Positions 10,446 through 18,758 of a stretch of 34,285 nt of DNA are shown here, piece by piece (within the stretch, counting starts at the first letter, position 1; the number at the start of each line of letters is the position of its first letter). Position numbers and translations under genes: made by a program. The DNA comes from an uncultured delta proteobacterium. GTDB taxonomy: Bacteria > Desulfobacterota > Binatia > UBA9968. The notes under the pieces were generated by a model. That model saw only the letters and a list, made by a program, of their open reading frames with translations, was not told the origin of the DNA and did no database searches. Where the stretch lies: assembly GCA_963840855.1 (NCBI GenBank), contig CAWJBB010000075.1:1-34285 (forward strand), read 5' to 3'.

Positions 10446-11330
10446 ATGAATACTTTTCGCACCACTATACTGCTAGCTGTCCTTACGGCGCTGCTGGTCT
10501 GGATCGGTGACATGCTGGGTGGTCGCCAGGGTGCGGTTATAGCTCTAGTCATTGCCGGTGGCATGAACTTCTTCAGCTATTGGTTCAGCGATAAGATCGT
10601 TCTCAAAATGTATCGTGGCCAGGAAATAACCGCCAACGACGACCCGGAACTCTATGGGCTGGTCAGTGACCTGGCCACCAGGGCGGGACTGCCTATGCCC
10701 AAGGTTTACTTAATTCCGGAAGAAACCCCTAACGCGTTCGCCACCGGGCGTAATCCGCAACATGCCGCAGTGGCGGTGACCCAAGGAATCCGGCGCATTT
10801 TGAACAAACGCGAGCTTGCCGGCGTGCTCGGACATGAACTCTCCCATGTCGTGAACCGGGATATTCTTGTCAGCACCATCGCCGCGACCCTGGCTGGCGC
10901 CATCAGTTATATGGCGCAGATGGCGCAGTGGGCAATGATTTTCGGTGGCAATCGTGACCGCGACGACGAAGGCGGCGGCAGCAACATATTTGGATTGATC
11001 GTCATGATGATCGTGGCGCCGCTGGCGGCAATGCTGATTCAAATGGCGGTGTCGCGTTCGCGTGAATACGGCGCCGATGCAGGCGGCGCCAAGATCACCG
11101 GCGATCCGTTGGCGCTCGCCAGCGCGTTAAAGAAGTTGCATATCGGCTCGCAGCAGATTCCGCTTCATGCGAGCCCCGCAGCGGCCAACGCCACGGCCCA
11201 TATGTTTATCGTGAGTCCTTTAACCGGCCGCAGCATGGCCGCGCTGTTTAGCACCCATCCGCCGATGGAAGAGCGCGTCCGCCGGCTCGAAGAGATGGCC
11301 AGGACTTCACCAACGGCGCGGCCGTACTAG
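10446..11330 (+). CDS. htpX: Zinc metalloprotease HtpX (peptidase M48)
   Basis: [29 protein letters not shown]; GGGGG-type RBS upstream. Confidence 0.95.
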   Translation: MNTFRTTILLAVLTALLVWIGDMLGGRQGAVIALVIAGGMNFFSYWFSDKIVLKMYRGQEITANDDPELYGLVSDLATRAGLPMPKVYLIPEETPNAFATGRNPQHAAVAVTQGIRRILNKRELAGVLGHELSHVVNRDILVSTIAATLAGAISYMAQMAQWAMIFGGNRDRDDEGGGSNIFGLIVMMIVAPLAAMLIQMAVSRSREYGADAGGAKITGDPLALASALKKLHIGSQQIPLHASPAAANATAHMFIVSPLTGRSMAALFSTHPPMEERVRRLEEMARTSPTARPY

Positions 11331-11335
11331 AGCAA

Positions 11336-11387
11336 GTTCAAAGTTCAAGGCCCGCCCTGAGCCCGGCGAACGGGTCTAAAGTTCAAG
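11336..11387. repeat. GTTCAA heptamer array interrupted by a 25-nt REP-like insert
   Basis: GTTCAAA GTTCAAG [GCCCGCCCTGAGCCCGGCGAACGGG] TCTAAA GTTCAAG. Confidence 0.65.
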
Positions 11388-11389
11388 TT

Positions 11390-11427
11390 AAGCCACGCCG
11401 AGAGGTACCCTCGGCGTGGCTTTTTTT
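11390..11427 (+). terminator. Rho-independent terminator of htpX
   Basis: 13-bp stem AAGCCACGCCGAG / CTCGGCGTGGCTT; the right arm runs into a T7 tract (11421-11427). Confidence 0.9.
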
Positions 11428-11481
11428 GCCGAGTCGAGACCATCTTCCTCACGCCTCACTCCTTTCGCCTCATGCCTAGTT

Positions 11482-11530
11482 TCACTCGATCACCTTTTCC
11501 GCCCTCATTAACACGACGGGGTGGAATCTC
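11482..11530 (-). pseudogene. Orphan 3' tail of an ABC solute-binding protein (COG2984-like family)
   Basis: Translates EIP/PVVLMRAEKVIE* with a 1-nt frameshift; matches the family C-terminal consensus IPPxVLxRADKVIx. Confidence 0.65.
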
Positions 11531-11568
11531 GCGATAATACGTTCGAGCCGAAGTTTGGACCCTGGAGA

Positions 11569-12831
11569 CTAGATACTCGCCTGATTCCAGGGCAGCCTGG
11601 CGAGGACCATAGACATGCCGCAGCTGTTGGTCACTCCCGCATAGACAAGACCGGCGCCAATTAGCGCCGACACCCCGTAGCCAGCGGGATGGACCCACGC
11701 GCCTGTGATAACGCCGAGCACGGATAACAGGCCCGCGGCAATACGCACTTGCCGCTCCAGCGAAATCACGCTGCGCTCGCCGCGCACTAACGGGAGGTCT
11801 GCCGATGTCCACGCGTTGGTGCCGCCATCGACATGCACAACATTGGTGAAGCCAGCGGCGCGGAGCCGCTGGGCGGCCAACTGGCTGCGCGTGCCGGTCT
11901 GACAGACGCAATAGAGCGGGGTCTCGGCGCCGAACCGCGTCAACAACGCTGGCGGATCGAGCCGTTCGAACGGAACATTGACCGCACCCGCGATGCGCAA
12001 GCTGGCAAACTCGCCAGGCGTGCGCACATCTAGGATGTGCAATCTCCCAGAGCCGGCTAGAACCGACAGTTGCTGCGCCGACACGCTACGCAAAGGTGTA
12101 CCGGCTTCAAGTGCGGCCTGCACCACGCGGGCGCCATCCGATTCAGATAAGCCCACGCCACCGGCCAGATTGGCCGGCACGGCCTCTTGGATGCGACTGG
12201 GCGTGGGCAGATTGAGGTTGTTCATGATCGCGATAAACTCCTCGCGACTTTTGCCGGCCAGGCGCGCATTGAATTGCTTTTCTTCACCGACGCTGCTCAC
12301 CCTGCGACCCTTATAGTCATGGCCGGGGTAAACCAACACCTGATCGTCCAGCCGGAACAGCTTTTCGGTGATGCTTAGCCAGAGTGCCTCTGGGCTACCG
12401 TTCTGAAAATCGGTCCGGCCGCAGCCACCGATCAGCAGAGTATCCCCGGTTAGCACGCGATCACGCCACAGATAGGAAACGCTCCCGGAGGTATGGCCGG
12501 GCGTAGCGATCACCAGAATCTCCTCGCGGCCGAACAGAATGACGTTGCCGTCTTCGAGCATGCGGTCGTAGCCTTGCGCGTGACAGTCGTTCGATACCGC
12601 GGTTTGCGCCCCGGTGGCCTGCTTGAGCGCCAGCGAGGCGGTGATGTGATCTGCGTGGACGTGGGTTTCCAGAATGTGCTTCAAGGTGAGATCGTGCTCG
12701 CGGATCAGCTTGAGGTCGCGCTCTAATTGTTCGATGACCGGATCAATCAGCACCGCCTCGTGCGTCTCGTCGTCGGCGATCAGATAGGTATACGTCGATG
12801 AGGTAGGATCGAACAATTGTTTGAAAAACAT
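11569..12831 (-). CDS. Persulfide dioxygenase (ETHE1-like MBL) fused to rhodanese and a DUF2892/YgaP-like membrane domain
   Basis: ETHVHADH, TPGHT, GCGRTDFQ; rhodanese DVRTPGEF...CQTGTRS; C-terminal SLERQVRIAAG...GLVYAGVTNSCGM. Confidence 0.88.
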   Translation of the reverse strand: MFFKQLFDPTSSTYTYLIADDETHEAVLIDPVIEQLERDLKLIREHDLTLKHILETHVHADHITASLALKQATGAQTAVSNDCHAQGYDRMLEDGNVILFGREEILVIATPGHTSGSVSYLWRDRVLTGDTLLIGGCGRTDFQNGSPEALWLSITEKLFRLDDQVLVYPGHDYKGRRVSSVGEEKQFNARLAGKSREEFIAIMNNLNLPTPSRIQEAVPANLAGGVGLSESDGARVVQAALEAGTPLRSVSAQQLSVLAGSGRLHILDVRTPGEFASLRIAGAVNVPFERLDPPALLTRFGAETPLYCVCQTGTRSQLAAQRLRAAGFTNVVHVDGGTNAWTSADLPLVRGERSVISLERQVRIAAGLLSVLGVITGAWVHPAGYGVSALIGAGLVYAGVTNSCGMSMVLARLPWNQASI

Positions 12832-13028
12832 AAAGCCTCCGATTCGGATGTTGTCACCCGACGATCTACCCCTACAGCAGCACGGGTGAATTCGGTCCTG
12901 ATCGCTCCCTGATGATTATGATCCAGCTTCTTCCATGACAATAACACGCCTAGGGTTCTTGGGTATCCCGACCATAAATTTCCGCGGTCCCGCTAGGTTG
13001 GGTCGAACAATGCCCGTCGTTGGCCTGA

Positions 13029-13092
13029 GATGGAACTGAACGCATCAGCCAATTCTTCCAGGATTTATTGGATGAAGAAATCAAGTGCAATC
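13029..13092 (+). repeat. Island palindromic site copy A (degenerate, full length)
   Basis: GATGGAACTGAACGCATCAGCCAATTCTTCCAGGATTTATTGGATGAAGAAATCAAGTGCAATC. Confidence 0.7.
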
Positions 13093-13119
13093 ATGGCAGC
13101 GCAGCTTGGTTCTTTTCCA

Positions 13120-13249
13120 TCACTTGATCAGCTTATTCGCCCTGGTTAGCACCTCAGCGGGACTTTTTTCGGCTGCTGCGCGTCGGCTATGACTCCAACA
13201 GCAAGGAGGATCACTATGGACAGGATTCCAAGACACCAGCTTTTTTCAT
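13120..13249 (-). pseudogene. Internally deleted 'mini' ABC solute-binding protein gene
   Basis: Signal-peptide region MKKAGV/..ILLAVGVIADAQQPKKVP (1-nt deletion vs the copy at 24677) joined directly to the C-terminal PAEVLTRANKLIK*. Confidence 0.75.
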
Positions 13250-13378
13250 TGCAGACACCATTTGCGCATTACGCGGAAGGTAACAGAAAAAAGTGACATT
13301 TACGACAGAAGGCGAAAGATATCCGTCGAGTGGGAAAACCAGATTTTTAGCCTGAGATTGAACTGATCGACGCGTCAG
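13159..13378. repeat. ~220 bp direct repeat, copy 1 (SBP 5' end + leader + site)
   Basis: Closely similar to 24585-24807, e.g. shared CATTGCAGACACCATTTGCG, TGACATTTACGACAGAAGG, CCAGATTTTTAGCCTGAGATTGAACTGA. Confidence 0.92.
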
Positions 13379-13390
13379 TAGAAATCAATC
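13356..13390 (+). repeat. Island palindromic site copy B (internally deleted)
   Basis: GATTGAACTGATCGACGCGTCAGTAGAAATCAATC. Confidence 0.8.
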
Positions 13391-13646
13391 ATATGGTCGT
13401 AGACGATCAGCGGGTTTATCGGTCCTGTTTCAGTTCGTCATGGACGACACCTGGACAGTGGAGAAAGGTGTCCATGCCCCAGGATTGTTCATCCTGTGTG
13501 CGATTGTAACTAGTCCAGTCGAAAGCGGTTTTTCATCAAGGTGTCCGCGTGGTGACCAGGGCAAGAGGCAAAAATCGGAGCTGAGTGTGAAAGCGTTAGA
13601 GGAATTGCAAGAGAAGGCTAAGAAAAACCCGAAGTAGAAACCGTCC

Positions 13647-13778
13647 CACCGTGAGATGCACAAGAAAAGCTCGGATGTCCTCCTTGCTGAGCTGATCTGG
13701 TGATTTCTTGTGATATCGGGCCAGTCTGCTCACCGCATAGACGTAACATGCCTGCGTTGCAGGAGAGAAATTCCGTAG
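13647..13778 (-). pseudogene. Fragment of a tyrosine recombinase N-terminal SAM-like domain
   Basis: LRNFSPATQACYVYAVSRLARYHKKSPDQLSKEDIRAFLVHLTV resembles Phage_int_SAM_4-type N-termini; no start and no catalytic domain. Confidence 0.75.
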
Positions 13779-14307
13779 GCTTTGGTACCCTACAAAAGAA
13801 TTAACATTGCCATTCGTGCGTTTAACGAAATGCGCCTTCCGCTGAAGGTTGTCGGAGAGGGCCCGTTGCAACGCCGGCCGGCTGGAACGAAATGCCAGGT
13901 CGAACATAGAATTTCTCGGTTGGGTTGACGAGTCGGCCTTGGCTGAGCTATACGGCTGTCAAGCACTCATTTTCCCTGGAGAAGAAGATTTTGGTATTGT
14001 CCCCCTTGAGGCTCACGCTTGTGGCAGGCCGGTCCTCGCATGTGGGAAAGGCGGGGTGCTCGAAACGGTGATTCCAGTGAAGGCAAGCGCTGAAAACGAC
14101 GGGGCGCCCACTGGAATTTTTTTCTCGGAGCAGACCCCAGAGCATTTAATTGAAGCAGTTGAGCTTTATCAAAGGATGGATAGCTTCTTTGAGCCAGGAA
14201 AAGTACGTGAACACGCCGCGCAATTTTCGGCCCAACGTTTCAGAAAGCAAATTTTCGAATACATCCAGGCCCGTTTGAGCGAGTGGGGAGTGGCTAACCC
14301 GTGCTAA
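13779..14307 (+). pseudogene. 5'-truncated, frameshifted GT4 (family 1/RfaB-like) glycosyltransferase
   Basis: ALVPYKRINIAIRAFNEMRLPLKVVGEGP, then a GCCG duplication (13873-13880) shifts frame into IEFLGWV...EEDFGIVPLEAHACGRPV. Confidence 0.8.
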
Positions 14308-14720
14308 TGCAACGCAGCGAGTTCTTCCAGAGTCTGATGATGCTCAACGACCTCTTTTTTTTGAGCGTCGCCTGGTGGCTCGCCTACCTGATCCGCTTTG
14401 AAACCGATTTGTTCCCGGAACCTGAACCGCATCTTCTCGTACACTATAGCATCGCCTGGCTCATCATCTTGATCGTTTGGGCAGTGGTTTTTTACTGGTT
14501 GGATTTCTATCGTCCCCTGCGACTGTCTGGCCAAAAGCGTGAACTGGTCGACGTGCTCAGGGGCCACAGCCTTGCCCTGGTTATTTTTCTCGCAATCCTG
14601 TTTTTGCTTCGCGCCATCGTTCTTTCCCGGATTGTGCTCATTCTTTTTGCGTTATTGAGCTTTAGCTTTCTTAGTTTAAGTCACATTGTTTTTCGAGAAA
14701 GGTTAAGGTTTTTCCGCTGA
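14301..14720 (+). pseudogene. N-terminal fragment of an undecaprenyl-phosphate glucose phosphotransferase (WcaJ-like)
   Basis: Four TM segments with D..FLSVAWWLAYLIRF and LSRIVL motifs; overlaps the GT stop; ends before the CoA-binding and Bac_transf domains. Confidence 0.7.
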
Positions 14721-14762
14721 CGAGGCTGCTGGGGATCTGACCAACGCTACATTTCCGCTCAA

Positions 14763-14802
14763 GATTGAACTGAACGACGCAACAGTCGCGTCTTGTAGGA
14801 TT
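14763..14802 (+). repeat. Island palindromic site copy C (right part missing)
   Basis: GATTGAACTGAACGACGCAACAGTCGCGTCTTGTAGGATT. Confidence 0.88.
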
Positions 14803-14803
14803 A

Positions 14804-14848
14804 AAGCGGCGCGCCTTGCGGCGCCTCCGGTTCAGCGCGTTGTTAAGC
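14804..14848 (-). mobile_element. Truncated canonical integron attC-like site
   Basis: Minus strand GCTTAAC (RYYYAAC) AACGC GCTGAACC GGAGGCGCCGCAAGGCGCGCCGCTT, ~25 bp after a stop codon; R' (GTTRRRY) is absent and site C occupies its place. Confidence 0.55.
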
Positions 14849-14872
14849 CGTCTTAGCTGCGTCATGCGCGTT

Positions 14873-15451
14873 TCACTTGAACTGAACCGAGGGGCAGGCG
14901 ACGCTGCCGTACGAGCAAAAGACGCAGCAGTGGCCTGGTTTCGGGCGCAGCGTCGTGTGGCAGCCCAGGCATTCATAGAAGTACACGCATGCGTCCGTCG
15001 GCATGGTCTCGTGGCTTTGGTGACCGCAATCAGGACAAGTAATGGTGGACTGTAACACCGCTGATTCAAGGGGCGAATCGGGACAGCACGGCGGCTCATT
15101 GGCGAAGACGCCGGGATGCTCTATTGGGCGTTCGAGGCGGTCGACATAGTGCGCCGGGCGTCGATGAAATTCCTCCAAACAGTGCGGACATCTGCAAAAG
15201 TAAAAGACGCGGCCCGCGTACTCGTCGCGGACAGCATGCGATGCTGGTTTTTCAGCCAAGCATACCGGACAGACTTCTAGGGATTCAGTCTCTCTAAGGT
15301 AAGGCTCTGGGTCCTTAACGAAGAGGTCGCGGCAACCGGCACAGCAGAAGAAATACTCGACGTTCCGATACCGGAAAGAGAGCGTCGGAACCGGGGTGAT
15401 TCCAAGTCGGACCAGGGAGCAGCCGCAGGTTGGGCAGATCAGGGGGTTCAT
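14873..15451 (-). CDS. Cys-rich metal-binding protein: tandem YHS/TRASH-like domains fused to a GDCCVxC-type domain
   Basis: CPTCGC...YFFCCAGC, CPVC...FYFCRCPHC, then QSTITCPDCGH...MPTDAC...GHCCVFCSYGSVACP; 22 Cys in 192 aa; GGAGG RBS. Confidence 0.8.
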   Translation of the reverse strand: MNPLICPTCGCSLVRLGITPVPTLSFRYRNVEYFFCCAGCRDLFVKDPEPYLRETESLEVCPVCLAEKPASHAVRDEYAGRVFYFCRCPHCLEEFHRRPAHYVDRLERPIEHPGVFANEPPCCPDSPLESAVLQSTITCPDCGHQSHETMPTDACVYFYECLGCHTTLRPKPGHCCVFCSYGSVACPSVQFK

Positions 15452-15538
15452 GGATAGTCAACCTCCGTGGAGGGTCTCACTATTAGCACACTCCTTAGGA
15501 CAAGGTCTTCCTGTGGAAAACCGTAGTGTCTTGCATAG

Positions 15539-15640
15539 CTATTTACGCTCACCCTTTTTTTGCCATAGGCCGAAAGCCACCAGGACTATGAACAAACCTA
15601 GAGCGGGGAGCAGCAGATAATCGAGATATGGGATGAGCAT
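15539..15640 (-). pseudogene. merF: C-terminal half of a MerF-like mercury transporter
   Basis: MLIPYLDYLLLPALGLFIVLVAFGLWQKKGERK* contains the MerF YLDYvLLPAL motif; in-frame stop upstream, so the CC-containing first helix is missing. Confidence 0.65.
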
Positions 15641-15752
15641 GCGCAACACACATCACAAGTCAGACGGTCCACCCTAAGTCAATGCGCCACCATCCGGTTC
15701 CGACCATCTTGTCCGTAAACTGTGCGGTATCGATAATCGATTTCCATTCTAG

Positions 15753-15818
15753 CTTTGCACTGAACGACGCAACGGACAAATCTCACAGGATTGAGACGTC
15801 GGAGAATTCAGTTCAATC
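15753..15818 (+). repeat. Island palindromic site copy D (full length)
   Basis: CTTTGCACTGAACGACGCAACGGACAAATCTCACAGGATTGAGACGTCGGAGAATTCAGTTCAATC. Confidence 0.88.
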
Positions 15819-15993
15819 GTAACGTTTCGGGTGGGTGGTGCTTCGAGCGTCGGTTTCAACCGGAAAGTTGGTGACGCGGCAACACAATCGCCCGTGATTG
15901 AGAGACGTGATGACCGCACATCAATTGTTTCTCTCGGAAGGTCTTGCCTCAGCGTTTCTTCTTTCCAGTTTTTGCTTTGGTGGCCAGGTCATG

Positions 15994-16908
15994 CTAGGCG
16001 GAAAGCGCTTTGGCTGCACCCTTGATCTTTTCTGGTCCTTCTCTAGTCAACTCGTTGATGAGTTTGACAACGTTGGGATGCTCCAATCCCGATACCAGGA
16101 AAGTCCATCTCCAGGCGCGGTGGGTCTTCGTCGAAATCTCCTCTTTCTCTGCCTCCGTGAACCTGCGGCCGGTCACATTTTGCAGAGTCTCTATGTTCAG
16201 CTTGATCTGCTGCAACAGTAACCCATCGATAGCTCCCCCAAGTTCGAGGAGCTCATCCACAGCAGTTTCTCGCTCCTCTAGGGTCGCCGTCTCGGCAATT
16301 TCGTCGATTAGCAGGGTATCAAGCTTGGCGTGTTGGGCCTCTTCCATCCAATGAAATCTCAAAAGATCGCGGAACAGCTCATCGAGACCCGACCCATCAC
16401 GCACGTGTTCGACGTAATGGAGCTGGGTAAACCATTCGATTACCGTGGTCAAGTACAGCGCGGCCAGCACCGACTTGCTCAGGACGACCTTCGCTACATC
16501 TTCCCGACCGGGGATTAAGCCGCACTTCGCGCCAAAGCCCTGGTCGAACAAAGCCATCGAGCGGCGAAAGAGTTCCTGATGCTTGAGCTCTTCCTCGGCG
16601 AACCGCAGCAGTGAGCGGAGCCTGACTTCCTCCCCGTGGATGTCCTTCAACGCCGTTTGTGTCACCATGGGAATAATAAATTCCTCCACGAAAGCGAAGA
16701 TGTGGCAGTAGGCGTTGCCCATGATCTGGTTCAACTGGCGCTTCTCGTTGTCGTTCAGACATGTGATATCGTCAACACCGCTCAACCGATTCGGCAGGAA
16801 ACGCTTCGAGAAATCGAAATTCTTGCCTGCAAAAACATCGTCCTCTTTCCACGCTACCTTCTTGGAATTGTCGAGACATTCCTTGTAGGAGTAATTGTGC
16901 GAAAGCAT
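15994..16908 (-). CDS. Ferritin-like diiron oxygenase (AurF/N-oxygenase-like)
   Basis: ORF 15994-16923; likely ATG at 16908 after GGAGG; diiron ligands VEEFI, EEELKH, IEWFT, MEEAQH. Confidence 0.78.
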   Translation of the reverse strand: MLSHNYSYKECLDNSKKVAWKEDDVFAGKNFDFSKRFLPNRLSGVDDITCLNDNEKRQLNQIMGNAYCHIFAFVEEFIIPMVTQTALKDIHGEEVRLRSLLRFAEEELKHQELFRRSMALFDQGFGAKCGLIPGREDVAKVVLSKSVLAALYLTTVIEWFTQLHYVEHVRDGSGLDELFRDLLRFHWMEEAQHAKLDTLLIDEIAETATLEERETAVDELLELGGAIDGLLLQQIKLNIETLQNVTGRRFTEAEKEEISTKTHRAWRWTFLVSGLEHPNVVKLINELTREGPEKIKGAAKALSA

Positions 16909-17032
16909 CGTGCACCTCCTCAAAGTAAAGGGATGTTAGGCTTCTTCGAATGATTCTGAAAAGCCAGCACACTCTGGCTACCCCAAGCTATTTTATCAGT
17001 TCGATCAAAGTCAAGCTCTATTATCGTCGTAG

Positions 17033-17095
17033 GATTGAACTGGACGCATCAGTCGCGTCTTGTAGGATTGAGTCGTAGGAGAAATCAGTTCAATA
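17033..17095 (+). repeat. Island palindromic site copy E (full length)
   Basis: GATTGAACTGGACGCATCAGTCGCGTCTTGTAGGATTGAGTCGTAGGAGAAATCAGTTCAATA; ends ATTGAACTG/CAGTTCAAT are a perfect inverted pair. Confidence 0.9.
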
Positions 17096-17317
17096 CTGAA
17101 GGCTTTCGGTTGGGCTTGAAACGGTCAGTTGATCACTGTATTCGCCCGCGGCGAGAGCTTTGTACAAATCCAGAGTGCGACAAGTTTTAGTAATCCGCCC
17201 GTAGTCCAACGGGATGATTGGCGTTGAAATGCTTTCAAGTTTTTGGATAAGCGTGTTGCAAGTTCGAGGTATGTCACGATGCAGGACTCAATAAAATAAA
17301 AAGCAGCCTGTGGCTGC

Positions 17318-17737
17318 TTAAACAGATCGGGTTCTTATTAACCGCGCCATTTTTGCTTTCAATGTGCTCTTAGCGGTTTCAGATTCATACCACAAGAGCG
17401 ACCTATCAACAAATACAACAGCCACAAGTTCGCTATTATAAACATCCGGAATCGCGCGTCTGTGCTCATCTAAACGTTGTTTTAGTGTCTGAAGCGTAAC
17501 AAGTAAACCGTAATCGGTATTATAAAAGCCGATCATATAGTCCATGGTATTATTATTTTTGCTTGAAAATGGCTCCGCGCCAATTATCTCTCTGCCGCAG
17601 TTTTCCAAAAGCTTACGGACGTCAGAATTCATTGTTTTCGAAATGAATTCCCGTCTTTCGTCTGCAAACAGACCAGGCGCCGTCAGTACAAACACCAATA
17701 CTTGTAAGAATAGGGCCGTACAAAAGATTTTTTTCAT
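17318..17737 (-). CDS. Hypothetical secreted protein (AT-rich region)
   Basis: 139 aa ORF with signal peptide MKKIFCTALFLQVLVFVLTAPGLFA; no recognised family. Confidence 0.6.
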   Translation of the reverse strand: MKKIFCTALFLQVLVFVLTAPGLFADERREFISKTMNSDVRKLLENCGREIIGAEPFSSKNNNTMDYMIGFYNTDYGLLVTLQTLKQRLDEHRRAIPDVYNSELVAVVFVDRSLLWYESETAKSTLKAKMARLIRTRSV

Positions 17738-17854
17738 GACCTACTCTATTTTCATTTCCTTTTTTAAGGCTATCCCGGCTTAAGGGCGACTGACCCCGCA
17801 TAGAAGTCGCGCTTCCGATGGCAGGGTAGGGCGAAGTCAGCCCTCTTTCAGTGC

Positions 17855-17870
17855 AGCAATCCACATGCCA
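17855..17870 (-). promoter_or_regulatory. Sigma-54 (-24/-12) promoter
   Basis: Minus strand TGGCAT-GTGGA-TTGCT matches TGGCAC-N5-TTGCW; ~120 bp upstream of the 17737 start. Confidence 0.6.
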
Positions 17871-18179
17871 GCAGAAGCGCTTGAAATTTATTGAACAAAC
17901 CTTTCACAGTGTTTGAATAAGTAGACACTCAGAGTTCCAATTAGTAGGAAATTTACTCACCATCTTCTAACTCTAAAAACGAGCCGGGGGTTCTGGTTCT
18001 GCCGCAACCCCTTAACAAACCAACTCACGTCCGAGGGATTCCCGGGTCGGACCGGGGCCAGGATCATGGTCAGGCATGATATTTGTTATTTGGAGGAATC
18101 TGCAGGCGTTGGGGCCAAACGGGTCTTTTGCTGATAGTTGTCGCACGTTCATCACACCAAAAAACCAAAATCAGCCTGA

Positions 18180-18206
18180 GATTGAACTAAACGCGACAGA
18201 TAAATC
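18180..18206 (+). repeat. Island palindromic site copy F (left half only)
   Basis: (CAGCCTGA)GATTGAACTAAACGCGACAGATAAATC. Confidence 0.75.
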
Positions 18207-18630
18207 CGTGATCGGAAATAGTCCAAACCGTAGCGCACCGACGCTACCCTAAATCATTTCCTGGAGTTTCTTCTTTACGCTGATCTCCGCAACCAGATGC
18301 GTGAGATCATCCGTGATCGGAATCAACCGGGATGCGGTCGCTGTATCCCGTTTCTCGTTCAACCAACGGCAAACCTGCATCCGTTCATCATGGATTCGAC
18401 TTAACCGTTCGTAAATCCCGCATCCATCGCTGGCCCTCGTCATTTCTCGATGATGAGCAGCGGTCTGCGGCCAAAGTCTCCGACGCAAAATCGTATCGAT
18501 AGCATCCCACTGGCCAAAAAGAAGATGATCGCGGCGTGAGCTGGAGGAACCAACAACAACTGACAACGAGGATTTAACTTACCGCTGTCAGATCAGGTGT
18601 TAACTTATGAACAATGGGGGTCTACAGGCA

Positions 18631-18758
18631 TGATTTTTACGGCAGAAGGAGAACCAGATTCATCGAGGGGGAAAAGGCTAATTTCGACGTAGGATTGAAT
18701 TGATCGACGCAACGGTCAAATCTCACAGGATTGAGTCGATGGAGAAATCAAGTTCGAC
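18631..18758 (+). repeat. Island palindromic site copy G (core 18693-18758) with conserved leader
   Basis: Core GATTGAATTGATCGACGCAACGGTCAAATCTCACAGGATTGAGTCGATGGAGAAATCAAGTTCGAC; leader TGATTTTTACGGCAGAAGG...TCGAGGGGGAAAA matches the leaders of copies B and H. Confidence 0.88.

Noticed and set aside
13391-13640. 65-aa ORF 13440-13637
   Set aside because: No RBS or family similarity that I can recognise
13596-13907. 103-aa ORF as a functional integrase
   Set aside because: Only ~44 codons are integrase-like; the first part is antisense glycosyltransferase sequence and no catalytic domain is present
14873-14875. TGA as selenocysteine in the GDCCVxC-type protein
   Set aside because: The TGA lies after the conserved motif, all motif positions are already Cys, and readthrough gives only a short tail into the attC-like sequence
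17740-17850. c-di-GMP riboswitch upstream of the secreted protein
   Set aside because: The conserved GEMM motifs are not present; kept only as an unexplained hairpin
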